From assembly GCA_964016885.1 (NCBI GenBank), contig OZ024748.1:41850001-41914000 (forward strand): DNA of 64,000 nt, given 5' to 3'. The position numbers were made by a program, and so were the translations under genes. Origin of the DNA: Eledone cirrhosa. Lineage: Eukaryota. The notes beneath the pieces are model-generated. The model made no database searches, was not told the DNA's origin, and worked only from the letters and a program-made list of their open reading frames with translations. Shown in pieces: positions 36,401 to 48,400 of this stretch (its first letter is position 1; every line of letters begins with the position of its first letter).

Positions 36401-39400
36401 TATGGTGGTGTGGTTTAGTGGTTAGGGTGTTGGGTTAGATATGGTGGTGTGGTTTAGTGGTTAGGGTGTTGGGTTAGATATGGTGGTGTGGTTTAGCGGT
36501 TAGGGTGTTGGGTTAGATATGGTGCTGTGGTTTAGTGGTTAGAGTGTTGGGTTAGATATGGTGGTATGGTTTAGTGGTTAGAGTGTTGGGTTAGATATGG
36601 TGGTATGGTTTAGTGGTTAGGGTGTTGGGTTAGGTATGGTGGTGTGGTTTAGTGGTTAGGGTGTTGGGTTAGATATGGTGGTGTGGTTTAGTGGTTAGGG
36701 TGTTGGGTTAGATATAGTGGTATGGTTTAGTGGTTAGGGTGTTGGGTTAGATATGGTGGTGTGGTTTAGTGGTTAGGGTGTTGGGTTAGGTATGGGCAGT
36801 GTGGTTTAGTGGTTAGGGTGTTGGGTTAGATATGGTGGTGGGGTTTAGTGGTTAGGGTGTTGGGTTAGATATGGTGGTGTGATTTAGTGGTTAGGGTGTT
36901 GGGTTAGGTATGGTGGTGTGGTTTAGTGGTTAGGGTGTTGGGTTAGATATGGTGGTGTGGTTTAGTGGTTAGGGTGTTGGGTTAGATATAGTGGTGTGGT
37001 TTAGTGGTTAGGGTGTTAGGATTAGATATGGTGGTGTGGTTTAGTGGTTAGGGTGTTGGGTTAGATATAGTGGTGTGGTTTAGTAGTTAGGGTGTTGGGT
37101 TAGATATAGTGGTGTGGTTTAGTAGTTAGGGTGTTGGGTTAGATATAGTGGTGTGGTTTAGTAGTTAGGGTGTTGGGTTAGATATAGTGGTGTGGTTTAG
37201 TGGTTCGGGTGTTGGGTTAGGTATGGTGATGTGGTTTAGTGGTTAGGGTGTTTGGTTAGATATGGTGGTGTGGTTTAGTGGTTAGGGTGTTGGATTAGAT
37301 ATGGTGCTGTGGTTTAGTGGTTAGGGTGTTTGGTTAGATATGGTGGTGTGGTTTAGTGGTTAGGGTGTTGGATTAGATATGGTGGTGTGGTTTAGTGGTT
37401 AGGGTGTTGGGTTAGATATGGTGATGTGGTTTAGTGGTTAGGGTGTTTGGTTAGATATGGTGGTATGGTTTAGTGGTTAGGGTGTTGGGTTAGGTATGGT
37501 GGTGTGGTTTAGTGGTTAGGGTGTTGGGTTAGATATGGTGGTGTGGTTTAGTGGTTAGGGTGTTGGATTAGATATGGTGGTGTGGTTTAGTGGTTAGAGT
37601 GTTGGGTTAGATATGGTGGTGTGGTTTAGTGGTTAGGGTGTTGGGTTAGATATGGTGATGTGGTTTAGTGGTTAGGGTGTTGGGTTAGATATGGTGGTGT
37701 GGTTTAGTGGTTAGGGTGTTGGGTTAGATATGGTGATGTGGTTTAGTGGTTAGGGTGTTGGGTTAGATATGGTGGTGTGGTTTAGCGGTTAGGGTGTTGG
37801 GTTAGATATGGTGGTGTGGTTTAGTGGTTAGGGTGTTGGGTTAGATATGGTGGTGTGGTTTAGTGGTTAGGGTGTTGGGTTAGATATGGTGGTGTGGTTT
37901 AGTGGTTAGGGTGTTGGGTTAGATATGGTGGTGTGGTTTAGTGGTTAGGGTGTTGGGTTAGATATGGTGATGTGGTTTAGTGGTTAGGGTGTTGGGTTAG
38001 ATATGGTGGTGTGGTTTAGTGGTTAGGGTGTTGGGTTAGATATGGTGGTGTGGTTTAGCGGTTAGGGTGTTGGGTTAGGTATGGTGGTGTGGTTTACTGG
38101 TTAGGGTGTTGGGTTAGGTATGGGCGGTGTGGTTTAGTGGTTAGGGTGTTGGGTTAGATATAGTGGTGTGGTTTACTGGTTAGTGTGTTGGGTTAGGTAT
38201 GGGCGGTGTGGTTTAGTGGTTAGGGTGTTGGGTTAGATATAGTGGTGTAGCTTAGTGGTTAGGGTGTTAGGTTAGATATGGTGGTGTGGTTTAGTGGTTA
38301 GATATAGTGGTGTGGTTTAGTGGTTAGGGTGTTGGGTTAGATATGGTGCTGTGGTTTAGTGGCTAGGGTGTTGGGTTAGATATGGTGGTGTGGTTTAGCG
38401 GTTAGGGTGTTGTGTTAGGTATGGTGGTGTGGTTTAGTGGTTAGGGTGTTAGGTTAGATATAGTGGTGTGATTTAGTGGTTAGGGTGTTTGGTTAGGTAT
38501 GGTGGTGTGGTTTAGTGGTTAGGGTGTTGGGTTAGATATAGTGGTGTAGCTTAGTGGTTAGGGTGTTGGATTAGATATGGTGGTGTGGTTTAGTGGTTAG
38601 GGTGTTGGGTTAGATATAGTGGTGTGGTTTAGTGGTTAGGGTGTTGGATTAGATATGGTGGTGTGGTTTAGTGGTTAGGGTGTTGGGTTAGATATGGTGG
38701 TGTGGTTTAGTGGTTAGGGTGTTGGATTAGATATGGTGGTGTGGTTTAGTGGTTAGGGTGTTGGGTTAGATATGGTGGTGTGGTTTAGTGGTTAGGGTGT
38801 TGGATTAGATATGGTGGTGTGGTTTAGTGGTTAGGGTGTTGGGTTAGATATAGTGGTGTGGTTTAGTGGTTAGGGTGTTTGGTTAGGTATGGTGGTGTGG
38901 TTTAGTGGTTAGAGTGTTGGGTTAGATATAGTGGTGTGGTTTAGTGGTTAGGGTGTTTGGTTAGGTATGGTGGTGTGGTTTAGTGGTTCGGGTGTTGGGT
39001 TAGCTATGGTGGTGTGGTTTAGTGATTCGGGTGTTGGGTTAGATATGGTGGTGTGGTTTAGTGGTTAGGGTGTTGGGTTAGGTATGGTGGTGTGGTTTAG
39101 TGATTATGGTGTTGGGTTAGATATGGTGGTGTGTTTTAGTGGTTAGGGTGTTGGGTTAGATATGGTGGTGTGGTTTAGTGGTTAGGGTGTTGGGTTAGAT
39201 ATGGTGGTGTGGTTATAGTGGTTAGGGTGTTGGGTTAGATATAGTGGTATGGTTTAGTGATTAGGGTGTTGGATTAGATATGGTGGTGTGGTTTAGTGGT
39301 TAGGGTGTTGGGTTAGATATAGTGGTGTGGTTTAGTGGCTAGGGTGTTGCGTTAGATATGGCGTTGTGGTTTAGTGGTTAGGGTGTTGGGTTAGATATGG

Positions 39401-42400
39401 TGCTGTGGTTTAGTGGCTAGGGTGTTGGATTAGATATGGTGGTGTGGTTTAGTGGTTAGGGTGTTGGGTTAGATATGGTGCTGTGGTTTAGTGGTTAGGG
39501 TGTTGGGTTAGATATGGTGCTGTGGTTTAGTGGCTAGGGTGTTGGGTTAGATATGGCGTTGTGGTTTACTGGTTAGGGTGTTGGGTTAGATATGGTGGTG
39601 TGGTTTAGTGGTTAGGGTGTTGGATTAGATATGGTGGTGTGGTTTAGTGGTTAGGGTGTTGGGTTAGATATAGTGGTGTGGTTTAGCGGTTAGGGTGTTG
39701 GGTTAGATATGGTGCTGTGGTTTAGTGGTTAGGGTGTTGGGTTAGATATGGTGCTGTGGTTTAGTGGCTAGGGTGTTGGGTTAGATATGGCGTTGTGGTT
39801 TACTGGTTAGGGTGTTGGGTTAGATATGGTGGTGTGGTTTAGTGGTTAGGGTGTTGGATTAGATATGGTGGTGTGGTTTAGTGGTTAGGGTGTTGGATTA
39901 GATATGGTGGTGTGGTTTAGTGGTTAGGGTGTTGGGTTAGATATGGTGGTGTGGTTTAGTGGTTAGGGTGTTGGGTTAGATATGGTGGTGTGGTTTAGTG
40001 GTTAGGGTGTTGGGTTAGATATGGTGGTGTGGTTTAGTGGTTAGGGTGTTGGATTAGATATGGTGGTGTGGTTTAGTGGTTAGGGTGTTGGGTTAGATAT
40101 GGTGGTGTGGTTTAGTGGTTAGGGTGTTGGGTTAGATATGGTGGTGTGGTTTAGTGGTTAGAGTGTTGGATTAGATATGGTGGTGTGGTTTAGTGGTTAG
40201 GGTGTTGGGTTAGATATGGTGGTGTGGTTTAGTGGTTAGGGTGTTGGATTAGATATGGTGGTGTGGTTTAGTGGTTAGGGTGTTGGGTTAGATATGGTGG
40301 TGTGGTTTAGTGGTTAGGGTGTTGGATTAGATATGGTGGTGTGGTTTAGTGGTTAGGGTGTTGGGTTAGATATAGTGGTGTGGTTTAGTGGTTAGGGTGT
40401 TGGGTTAGATATGGTGGTGTGGTTTAGCGGTTAGGGTGTTGGGTTAGATATGGTGCTGTGGTTTAGTGGTTAGAGTGTTGGGTTAGATATGGTGGTATGG
40501 TTTAGTGGTTAGGGTGTTGGGTTAGGTATGGTGGTGTGGTTTAGTGGTTAGGGTGTTGGGTTAGATATGGTGGTGTGGTTTAGTGGTTAGGGTGTTGGGT
40601 TAGATATAGTGGTGTGGTTTAGTGGTTAGGGTGTTGGGTTAGATATGGTGGTGTGGTTTAGTGGTTAGGGTGTTGGGTTAGATATAGTGGTGTGGTTTAG
40701 TGGTTAGGGTGTTTGGTTAGGTATGGTGGTGTGGTTTAGTGGTTCGGGTGTTGGGTTAGATATAGTGGTGTGGTTTAGTGGTTAGGGTGTTTGGTTAGGT
40801 ATGGTGGTGTGGTTTAGTGGTTCGGGTGTTGGGTTAGCTATGGTGGTGTGGCTTAGTGGTTCGGGTGTTGGGTTAGATATGGTGGTGTGGTTTAGTGGTT
40901 AGGGTGTTGGGTTAGGTATGGTGGTGTGGTTTAGTGGTTAGGGTGTTGGGTTAGATATGGTGGTGTGGTTATAGTGGTTAGGGTGTTGGGTTAGATATAG
41001 TGGTATGGTTTAGTGATTAGGGTGTTGGATTAGATATGGTGGTGTGGTTTAGTGGTTAGGGTGTTTGGTTAGAAATAGTGGTATGGTTTAGTGGTTAGGG
41101 TGTTGGGTTAGATATGGTGGTGTGATTTAGTGGTTAGGGTGTTGGGTTAGATATAGTGGTATGGTTTAGTGATTAGGGTGTTGGATTAGATATGGTGGTG
41201 TGGTTTAGTGGTTAGGGTGTTGGATTAGATATGGTGGTGTGGTTTAGTGGTTAGGGTGTTGGGTTAGATATGGCGGTGTGGTTATAGTGGTTAGGGTGTT
41301 GGGTTAGATATAGTGGTATGGTTTAGTGGTTAGGGTGTTGGGTTAGATATGGTGGTGTGGTTTAGTGGTTACTGTGTTGGGTTAGATATGGTGGTGTGGT
41401 TTAGTGGTTAGGGTGTTGGGTTAGGTATGGTGGTGTGGTTTACTGGTTAGGGTGTTGGGTTAGGTATGGGCGGTGTGGTTTAGTGGTTAGGGTGTTGGGT
41501 TAGATATGGTGGTGTGGTTTAGCAGTTAGGGTGTTGGGTTAGGTATGGTGGTGTGGTTTACTGGTTAGGGTGTTGGGTTAGATATAGTGGTGTGGTTTAC
41601 TGGTTAGGGTGTTGGGTTAGGTATGGGCGGTGTGGTTTAGTGGTTAGGGTGTTGGGTTAGGTATGGTGGTGTGGTTTACTGGTTAGGGTGTTGGGTTAGA
41701 TATAGTGGTGTGGTTTAGTGGTTAGAGTGTTGGGTTAGATATGGTGGTGTGGTTTAGCGGTTAGGGTGTTGGGTTAGATATGGTGATGTGGTTTACTGGT
41801 TAGGGTGTTGGGTTAGATATGGTGGTGTGGTTTACTGGTTAGGGTGTTGGGTTAGGTATGGGCAGTGTGGTTTAGTGGTTAAGGTGTTGGGTTAGGTATG
41901 GTGGTGTGGTTTACTGGTTAGGGTGTTGGGTTAGATATAGTGGTGTGGTTTAGTGGTTAGAGTGTTGGGTTAGATATGGTGGTGTGGTTTAGCGGTTAGG
42001 GTGTTGGGTTAGATATGGTGATGTGGTTTACTGGTTAGGGTGTTGGGTTAGATATGGTGGTGTGGTTTAGTGGTTAGGGTGTTGGGTTAGGTATGGTGGT
42101 GTGGTTTACTGGTTAGGGTGTTGGGTTAGATATAGTGGTGTGGTTTACTGGTTAGGGTGTTGGGTTAGGTATGGGCGGTGTGGTTTAGTGGTTAGGGTGT
42201 TGGGTTAGATATAGTGGTGTGGTTTAGTGGTTAGGGTGTTGGGTTAGATATGGTGGTGTGGTTTAGTGGTTAGGGTGTTGGGTTAGGTATGGTGGTGTGG
42301 TTTACTGGTTAGGGTGTTGGGTTAGGTATGGGCGGTGTGGTTTAGTGGTTAGGGTGTTGGGTTAGGTATGGGCAGTGTGGTTTAGTGGTTAAGGTGTTGG

Positions 42401-45400
42401 GTTAGGTATGGTGGTGTGGTTTACTGGTTAGGGTGTTGGGTTAGATATAGTGGTGTGGTTTAGTGGTTAGAGTGTTGGGTTAGATATGGTGGTGTGGTTT
42501 AGCGGTTTAGGGTGTTGGGTTAGCTATGGGCAGTGTGGTTTAGTGGTTAGGGTGTTGGGTTAGATATGGTGGTGTGGTTTAGTGGTTAGGGTGTTGGGTT
42601 AGATATGGTGGTGTGGTTTAGTGGTTAGGGTGTTGGGTTAGGTATGGTGGTGTGGTTTAGTGGTTAGGGTGTTGGGTTAGATATAGTGGTGTGGTTTAGC
42701 GGTTAGGGTGTTGTGGTTTAGTGGTTAGAGTGTTGGGTTACATATGGTGGTATGGTTTAGTGGTTAGGGTGTTGGGTTAGGTATGGTGGTGTGGTTTAGT
42801 GGTTAGGGTGTTGGGTTAGATATGGTGGTGTGGTTTAGTGGTTAGGGTGTTGGGTTAGATATGGTGGTGTGGTTTAGCGGTTAGGGTGTTGGGTTAGATA
42901 TGGTGCTGTGGTTTAGTGGTTAGAGTGTTGGGTTAGATATGGTGGTATGGTTTAGTGGTTAGAGTGTTGGGTTAGATATGGTGGTATGGTTTAGTGGTTA
43001 GGGTGTTGGGTTAGGTATGGTGGTGTGGTTTAGTGGTTAGGGTGTTGGGTTAGATATGGTGGTGTGGTTTAGTGGTTAGGGTGTTGGGTTAGATATAGTG
43101 GTATGGTTTAGTGGTTAGGGTGTTGGGTTAGATATGGTGGTGTGGTTTAGTGGTTAGGGTGTTGGGTTAGGTATGGGCAGTGTGGTTTAGTGGTTAGGGT
43201 GTTGGGTTAGATATGGTGGTGGGGTTTAGTGGTTAGGGTGTTGGGTTAGATATGGTGGTGTGATTTAGTGGTTAGGGTGTTGGGTTAGGTATGGTGGTGT
43301 GGTTTAGTGGTTAGGGTGTTGGGTTAGATATGGTGGTGTGGTTTAGTGGTTAGGGTGTTGGGTTAGATATAGTGGTGTGGTTTAGTGGTTAGGGTGTTAG
43401 GATTAGATATGGTGGTGTGGTTTAGTGGTTAGGGTGTTGGGTTAGATATAGTGGTGTGGTTTAGTAGTTAGGGTGTTGGGTTAGATATAGTGGTGTGGTT
43501 TAGTAGTTAGGGTGTTGGGTTAGATATAGTGGTGTGGTTTAGTGGTTCGGGTGTTGGGTTAGATATGGTGATGTGGTTTAGTGGTTAGGGTGTTGGGTTA
43601 GATATGGTGGTGTGGTTTAGTGGTTAGGGTGTTGGGTTAGATATGGTGGTGTGGTTTAGCGGTTAGGGTGTTGGGTTAGGTATGGTGGTGTGGTTTACTG
43701 GTTAGGGTGTTGGGTTAGGTATGGGCGGTGTGGTTTAGTGGTTAGGGTGTTGGGTTAGATATAGTGGTGTGGTTTACTGGTTAGTGTGTTGGGTTAGGTA
43801 TGGGCGGTGTGGTTTAGTGGTTAGGGTGTTGGGTTAGATATGGTGGTGTGGTTTAGTGGTTAGGGTGTTGGGTTAGATATGGTGGTGTGGTTTAGTGGTT
43901 AGGGTGTTGGGTTAGATATAGTGGTGTGGTTTAGTGGTTAGGGTGTTGGGTTAGATATGGTGGTGTGGTTTAGTGGTTAGGGTGTTGGGTTAGATATGGT
44001 GCTGTGGTTTAGTGGCTAGGGTGTTGGGTTAGATATGGTGGTGTGGTTTAGCGGTTAGGGTGTTGTGTTAGGTATGGTGGTGTGGTTTAGTGGTTAGGGT
44101 GTTAGGTTAGATATAGTGGTGTGATTTAGTGGTTAGGGTGTTTGGTTAGGTATGGTGGTGTGGTTTAGTGGTTAGGGTGTTGGGTTAGATATGGTGGTGT
44201 GGTTTAGTGGTTAGGGTGTTGGATTAGATATGGTGGTGTGGTTTAGTGGTTAGGGTGTTGGGTTAGATATGGTGGTGTGGTTTAGTGGTTAGGGTGTTGG
44301 ATTAGATATGGTGGTGTGGTTTAGTGGTTAGGGTGTTGGGTTAGATATAGTGGTGTGGTTTAGTGGTTAGGGTGTTGGGTTAGATATGGTGGTGCGGTTT
44401 AGTGGTTAGAGTGTTGGGTTAGATATAGTGGTGTGGTTTAGTGGTTAGGGTGTTTGGTTAGGTATGGTGGTGTGGTTTAGTGGTTCGGGTGTTGGGTTAG
44501 CTATGGTGGTGTGGCTTAGTGATTCGGGTGTTGGGTTAGATATGGTGGTGTGGTTTAGTGGTTAGGGTGTTGGGTTAGGTATGGTGGTGTGGTTTAGTGA
44601 TTATGGTGTTGGGTTAGATATGGTGGTGTGTTTTAGTGGTTAGGGTGTTGGGTTAGATATGGTGGTGTGGTTTAGTGGTTAGGGTGTTGGGTTAGATATG
44701 GTGGTGTGGTTATAGTGGTTAGGGTGTTGGGTTAGATATAGTGGTATGGTTTAGTGATTAGGGTGTTGGATTAGATATGGTGGTGTGGTTTAGTGGTTAG
44801 GGTGTTGGGTTAGATATAGTGGTGTGGTTTAGTGGTTAGGGTGTTGGATTAGATATGGTGGTGTGGTTTAGTGGTTAGGGTGTTGGGTTAGATATAGTGG
44901 TGTGGTTTAGTGGTTAGGGTGTTGGATTAGATATGGTGGTGTGGTTTAGCGGTTAGGGTGTTGGGTTAGATATGGTGCTGTGGTTTAGTGGTTAGGGTGT
45001 TTGGTTAGGTATGGTGGTGTGGTTTAGTGGTTCGGGTGTTGGGTTAGATATAGTGGTGTGGTTTAGTGGTTAGGGTGTTGGGTTAGATATGGTGGTGTGG
45101 TTTAGTGGTTAGGGTGTTGGGTTAGATATAGTGGTGTGGTTTAGTGGTTAGGGTGTTTGGTTAGGTATGGTGGTGTGGTTTAGTGGTTCGGGTGTTGGGT
45201 TAGATATGGTGGTGTGGTTTAGTGGTTAGGGTGTTGGGTTAGATATAGTGGTGTGGTTTAGTGGTTAGGGTGTTTGGTTAGGTATGGTGGTGTGGTTTAG
45301 TGGTTAGGGTGTTTGGTTAGATATGGTGGTATGGTTTAGTGGTTAGGGTGTTGGGTTAGATATAGTGGTGTGGTTTAGTGGTTAGGGTGTTTGGTTAGGT

Positions 45401-48400
45401 ATGGTGGTGTGGTTTAGTGGTTAGAGTGTTGGGTTAGATATGGTGGTATGGTTTAGTGGTTAGGGTGTTGGGTTAGATATAGTGGTGTGGTTTAGTGGTT
45501 AGGGTGTTTGGTTAGGTATGGTGGTGTGGTTTAGTGGTTCGGGTGTTGGGTTAGATATGGTGGTGTGGTTTAGTGGTTAGGGTGTTGGGTTAGATATAGT
45601 GGTGTGGTTTAGTGGTTAGGGTGTTTGGTTAGGTATGGTGGTGTGGTTTAGTGGTTCGGGTGTTGGGTTAGATATAGTGGTGTGGTTTAGTGGTTAGGGT
45701 GTTGGGTTAGATATGGTGGTGTGGTTTAGTGGTTAGGGTGTTGGGTTAGATATAGTGGTGTGGTTTAGTGGTTAGGGTGTTTGGTTAGGTATGGTGGTGT
45801 GGTTTAGTGGTTCGGGTGTTGGGTTAGATATGGTGATGTGGTTTAGTGGTTAGGGTGTTGGGTTAGATATGGTGGTGTGGTTTAGTGGTTAGGGTGTTGG
45901 GTTAGATATAGTGGTGTGGTTTAGTGGTTAGGGTGTTTGGTTAGGTATGGTGGTGTGGTTTAGCGGTTAGGGTGTTGGGTTAGATATGGTGATGTGGTTT
46001 AGTGGTTAGGGTGTTGGGTTAGATATGGTGGTGTGGTTTAGTGGTTAGGGTGTTGGGTTAGATATAGTGGTGTGGTTTAGTGGTTAGGGTGTTTGGTTAG
46101 GTATGGTGGTGTGGTTTAGTGGTTCGGGTGTTGGGTTAGATATAGTGGTGTGGTTTAGTGGTTAGGGTGTTTGGTTAGGTATGGTGGTGTGGTTTAGTGG
46201 TTCGGGTGTTGGGTTAGCTATGGTGGTGTGGCTTAGTGGTTCGGGTGTTGGGATAGATATGGTGGTGTGGTTTAGTGGTTAGGGTGTTGGGTTAGGTATG
46301 GTGGTGTGGTTTAGTGGTTAGGGTGTTGGGTTAGATATGGTGGTGTGGTTATAGTGGTTAGGGTGTTGGGTTAGATATAGTGGTATGGTTTAGTGATTAG
46401 GGTGTTGGGTTAGATATAGTGGTGTGGTTTAGTGGTTAGGGTGTTTGGTTAGAAATAGTGGTATGGTTTAGTGGTTAGGGTGTTGGGTTAGATATGGTGG
46501 TGTGATTTAGTGGTTAGGGTGTTGGGTTAGATATAGTGGTATGGTTTAGTGATTAGGGTGTTGGATTAGATATGGTGGTGTGGTTTAGTGGTTAGGGTGT
46601 TGGATTAGATATGGTGGTGTGGTTTAGTGGTTAGGGTGTTGGGTTAGATATGGTGGTGTGGTTTAGTGGTTAGGGTGTTGGGTTAGATATGGTGGTGTGG
46701 TTTAGTGGTTACTGTGTTGGGTTAGATATGGTGGTGTGGTTTAGTGGTTAGGGTGTTGGGTTAGGTATGGTGGTGTGGTTTAGTGGTTAGGGTGTTGGGT
46801 TAGGTATGGTGGTGTGGTTTACTGGTTAGGGTGTTGGGTTAGGTATGGGCGGTGTGGTTTAGTGGTTAGGGTGTTGGGTTAGGTATGGTGGTGTGGTTTA
46901 CTGGTTAGGGTGTTGGGTTAGATATAGTGGTGTGGTTTACTGGTTAGCGTGTTGGGTTAGTTATGGGCAGTGTGGTTTAGTGGTTAAGGTGTTGGGTTAG
47001 GTATGGTGGTGTGGTTTACTGGTTAGGGTGTTGGGTTAGATATAGTGGTGTGGTTTAGTGGTTAGAGTGTTGGGTTAGATATGGTGGTGTGGTTTAGCGG
47101 TTAGGGTGTTGGGTTAGATATGGTGGTGTGGTTTAGCAGTTAGGGTGTTGGGTTAGGTATGGTGGTGTGGTTTACTGGTTAGGGTGTTGGGTTAGATATA
47201 GTGGTGTGGTTTACTGGTTAGCGTGTTGGGTTAGGTATGGGCAGTGTGGTTTAGTGGTTAAGGTGTTGGGTTAGGTATGGTGGTGTGGTTTACTGGTTAG
47301 GGTGTTGGGTTAGATATAGTGGTGTGGTTTAGTGGTTAGAGTGTTGGGTTAGATATGGTGGTGTGGTTTAGCGGTTAGGGTGTTGGGTTAGGTATGGTGG
47401 TGTGGTTTACTGGTTAGGGTGTTGGGTTAGATATGGTGGTGTGGTTTAGTGGTTAGGGTGTTGGGTTAGATATGGTGGTGTGGTTTAGTGGTTAGGGTGT
47501 TGGGTTAGGTATGGTGGTGTGGTTTACTGGTTAGGGTGTTGGGTTAGATATAGTGGTGTGGTTTACTGGTTAGGGTGTTGGGTTAGGTATGGGCGGTGTG
47601 GTTTAGTGGTTAGGGTGTTGGGTTAGATATAGTGGTGTGGTTTAGTGGTTAGGGTGTTGGGTTAGATATGGTGGTGTGGTTTAGTGGTTAGGGTGTTGGG
47701 TTAGGTATGGTGGTGTGGTTTACTGGTTAGGGTGTTGGGTTAGGTATGGGCGGTGTGGTTTAGTGGTTAGGGTGTTGGGTTAGGTATGGGCAGTGTGGTT
47801 TAGTGGTTAAGGTGTTGGGTTAGGTATGGTGGTGTGGTTTACTGGTTAGGGTGTTGGGTTAGATATAGTGGTGTGGTTTAGTGGTTAGAGTGTTGGGTTA
47901 GATATGGTGGTGTGGTTTAGCGGTTTAGGGTGTTGGGTTAGCTATGGGCAGTGTGGTTTAGTGGTTAGGGTGTTGGGTTAGATATGGTGGTGTTGAGCAA
48001 CGCACAGGTGTTCAAATGATATCCTTAATAACTTACGGCCAGTTGGTAATAACAGATACCAGTTATATACTGGTGAGAGGGGAAGTAACTGTAATTAACA
48101 TTCTAAATATATTTTAGTAGATGGTTATTAAATTACCTTCAGCATATTTGGTTTTAGGAGGGACCGCCAAGAAGTTGAGCACACGAAGAATGGTTATTAG
48201 ACCTCGAGGTAACTTCAACACATCGTCGGCATACATCTTCAACTGTAAGATTAATGACTGAAGAACTTCATGGGAGAATGATGTAATCTTTTTAATAGGA
48301 CACAACCATTCCTGTATCTCTTGCATTTTGGTGGCCATTTCTGGAGGAAAAGCAGACAAAATATCCTAGTTTAGTTGAAATAAAACAGTAGCCCACAAAA

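Noticed and set aside
29129-47995. True telomere or chromosome-fusion scar
   Set aside because: TTAGGG occurs once per 39-bp unit rather than as pure (TTAGGG)n, there is no head-to-head inversion, and phase-compatible VIRMA exons flank both sides.
48341-48365. Upstream tag acceptor at 48366-48368 extending the VIRMA exon
   Set aside because: It gives phase 0, incompatible with the phase-1 donors of the preceding exon; the cag at 48341-48343 fits.
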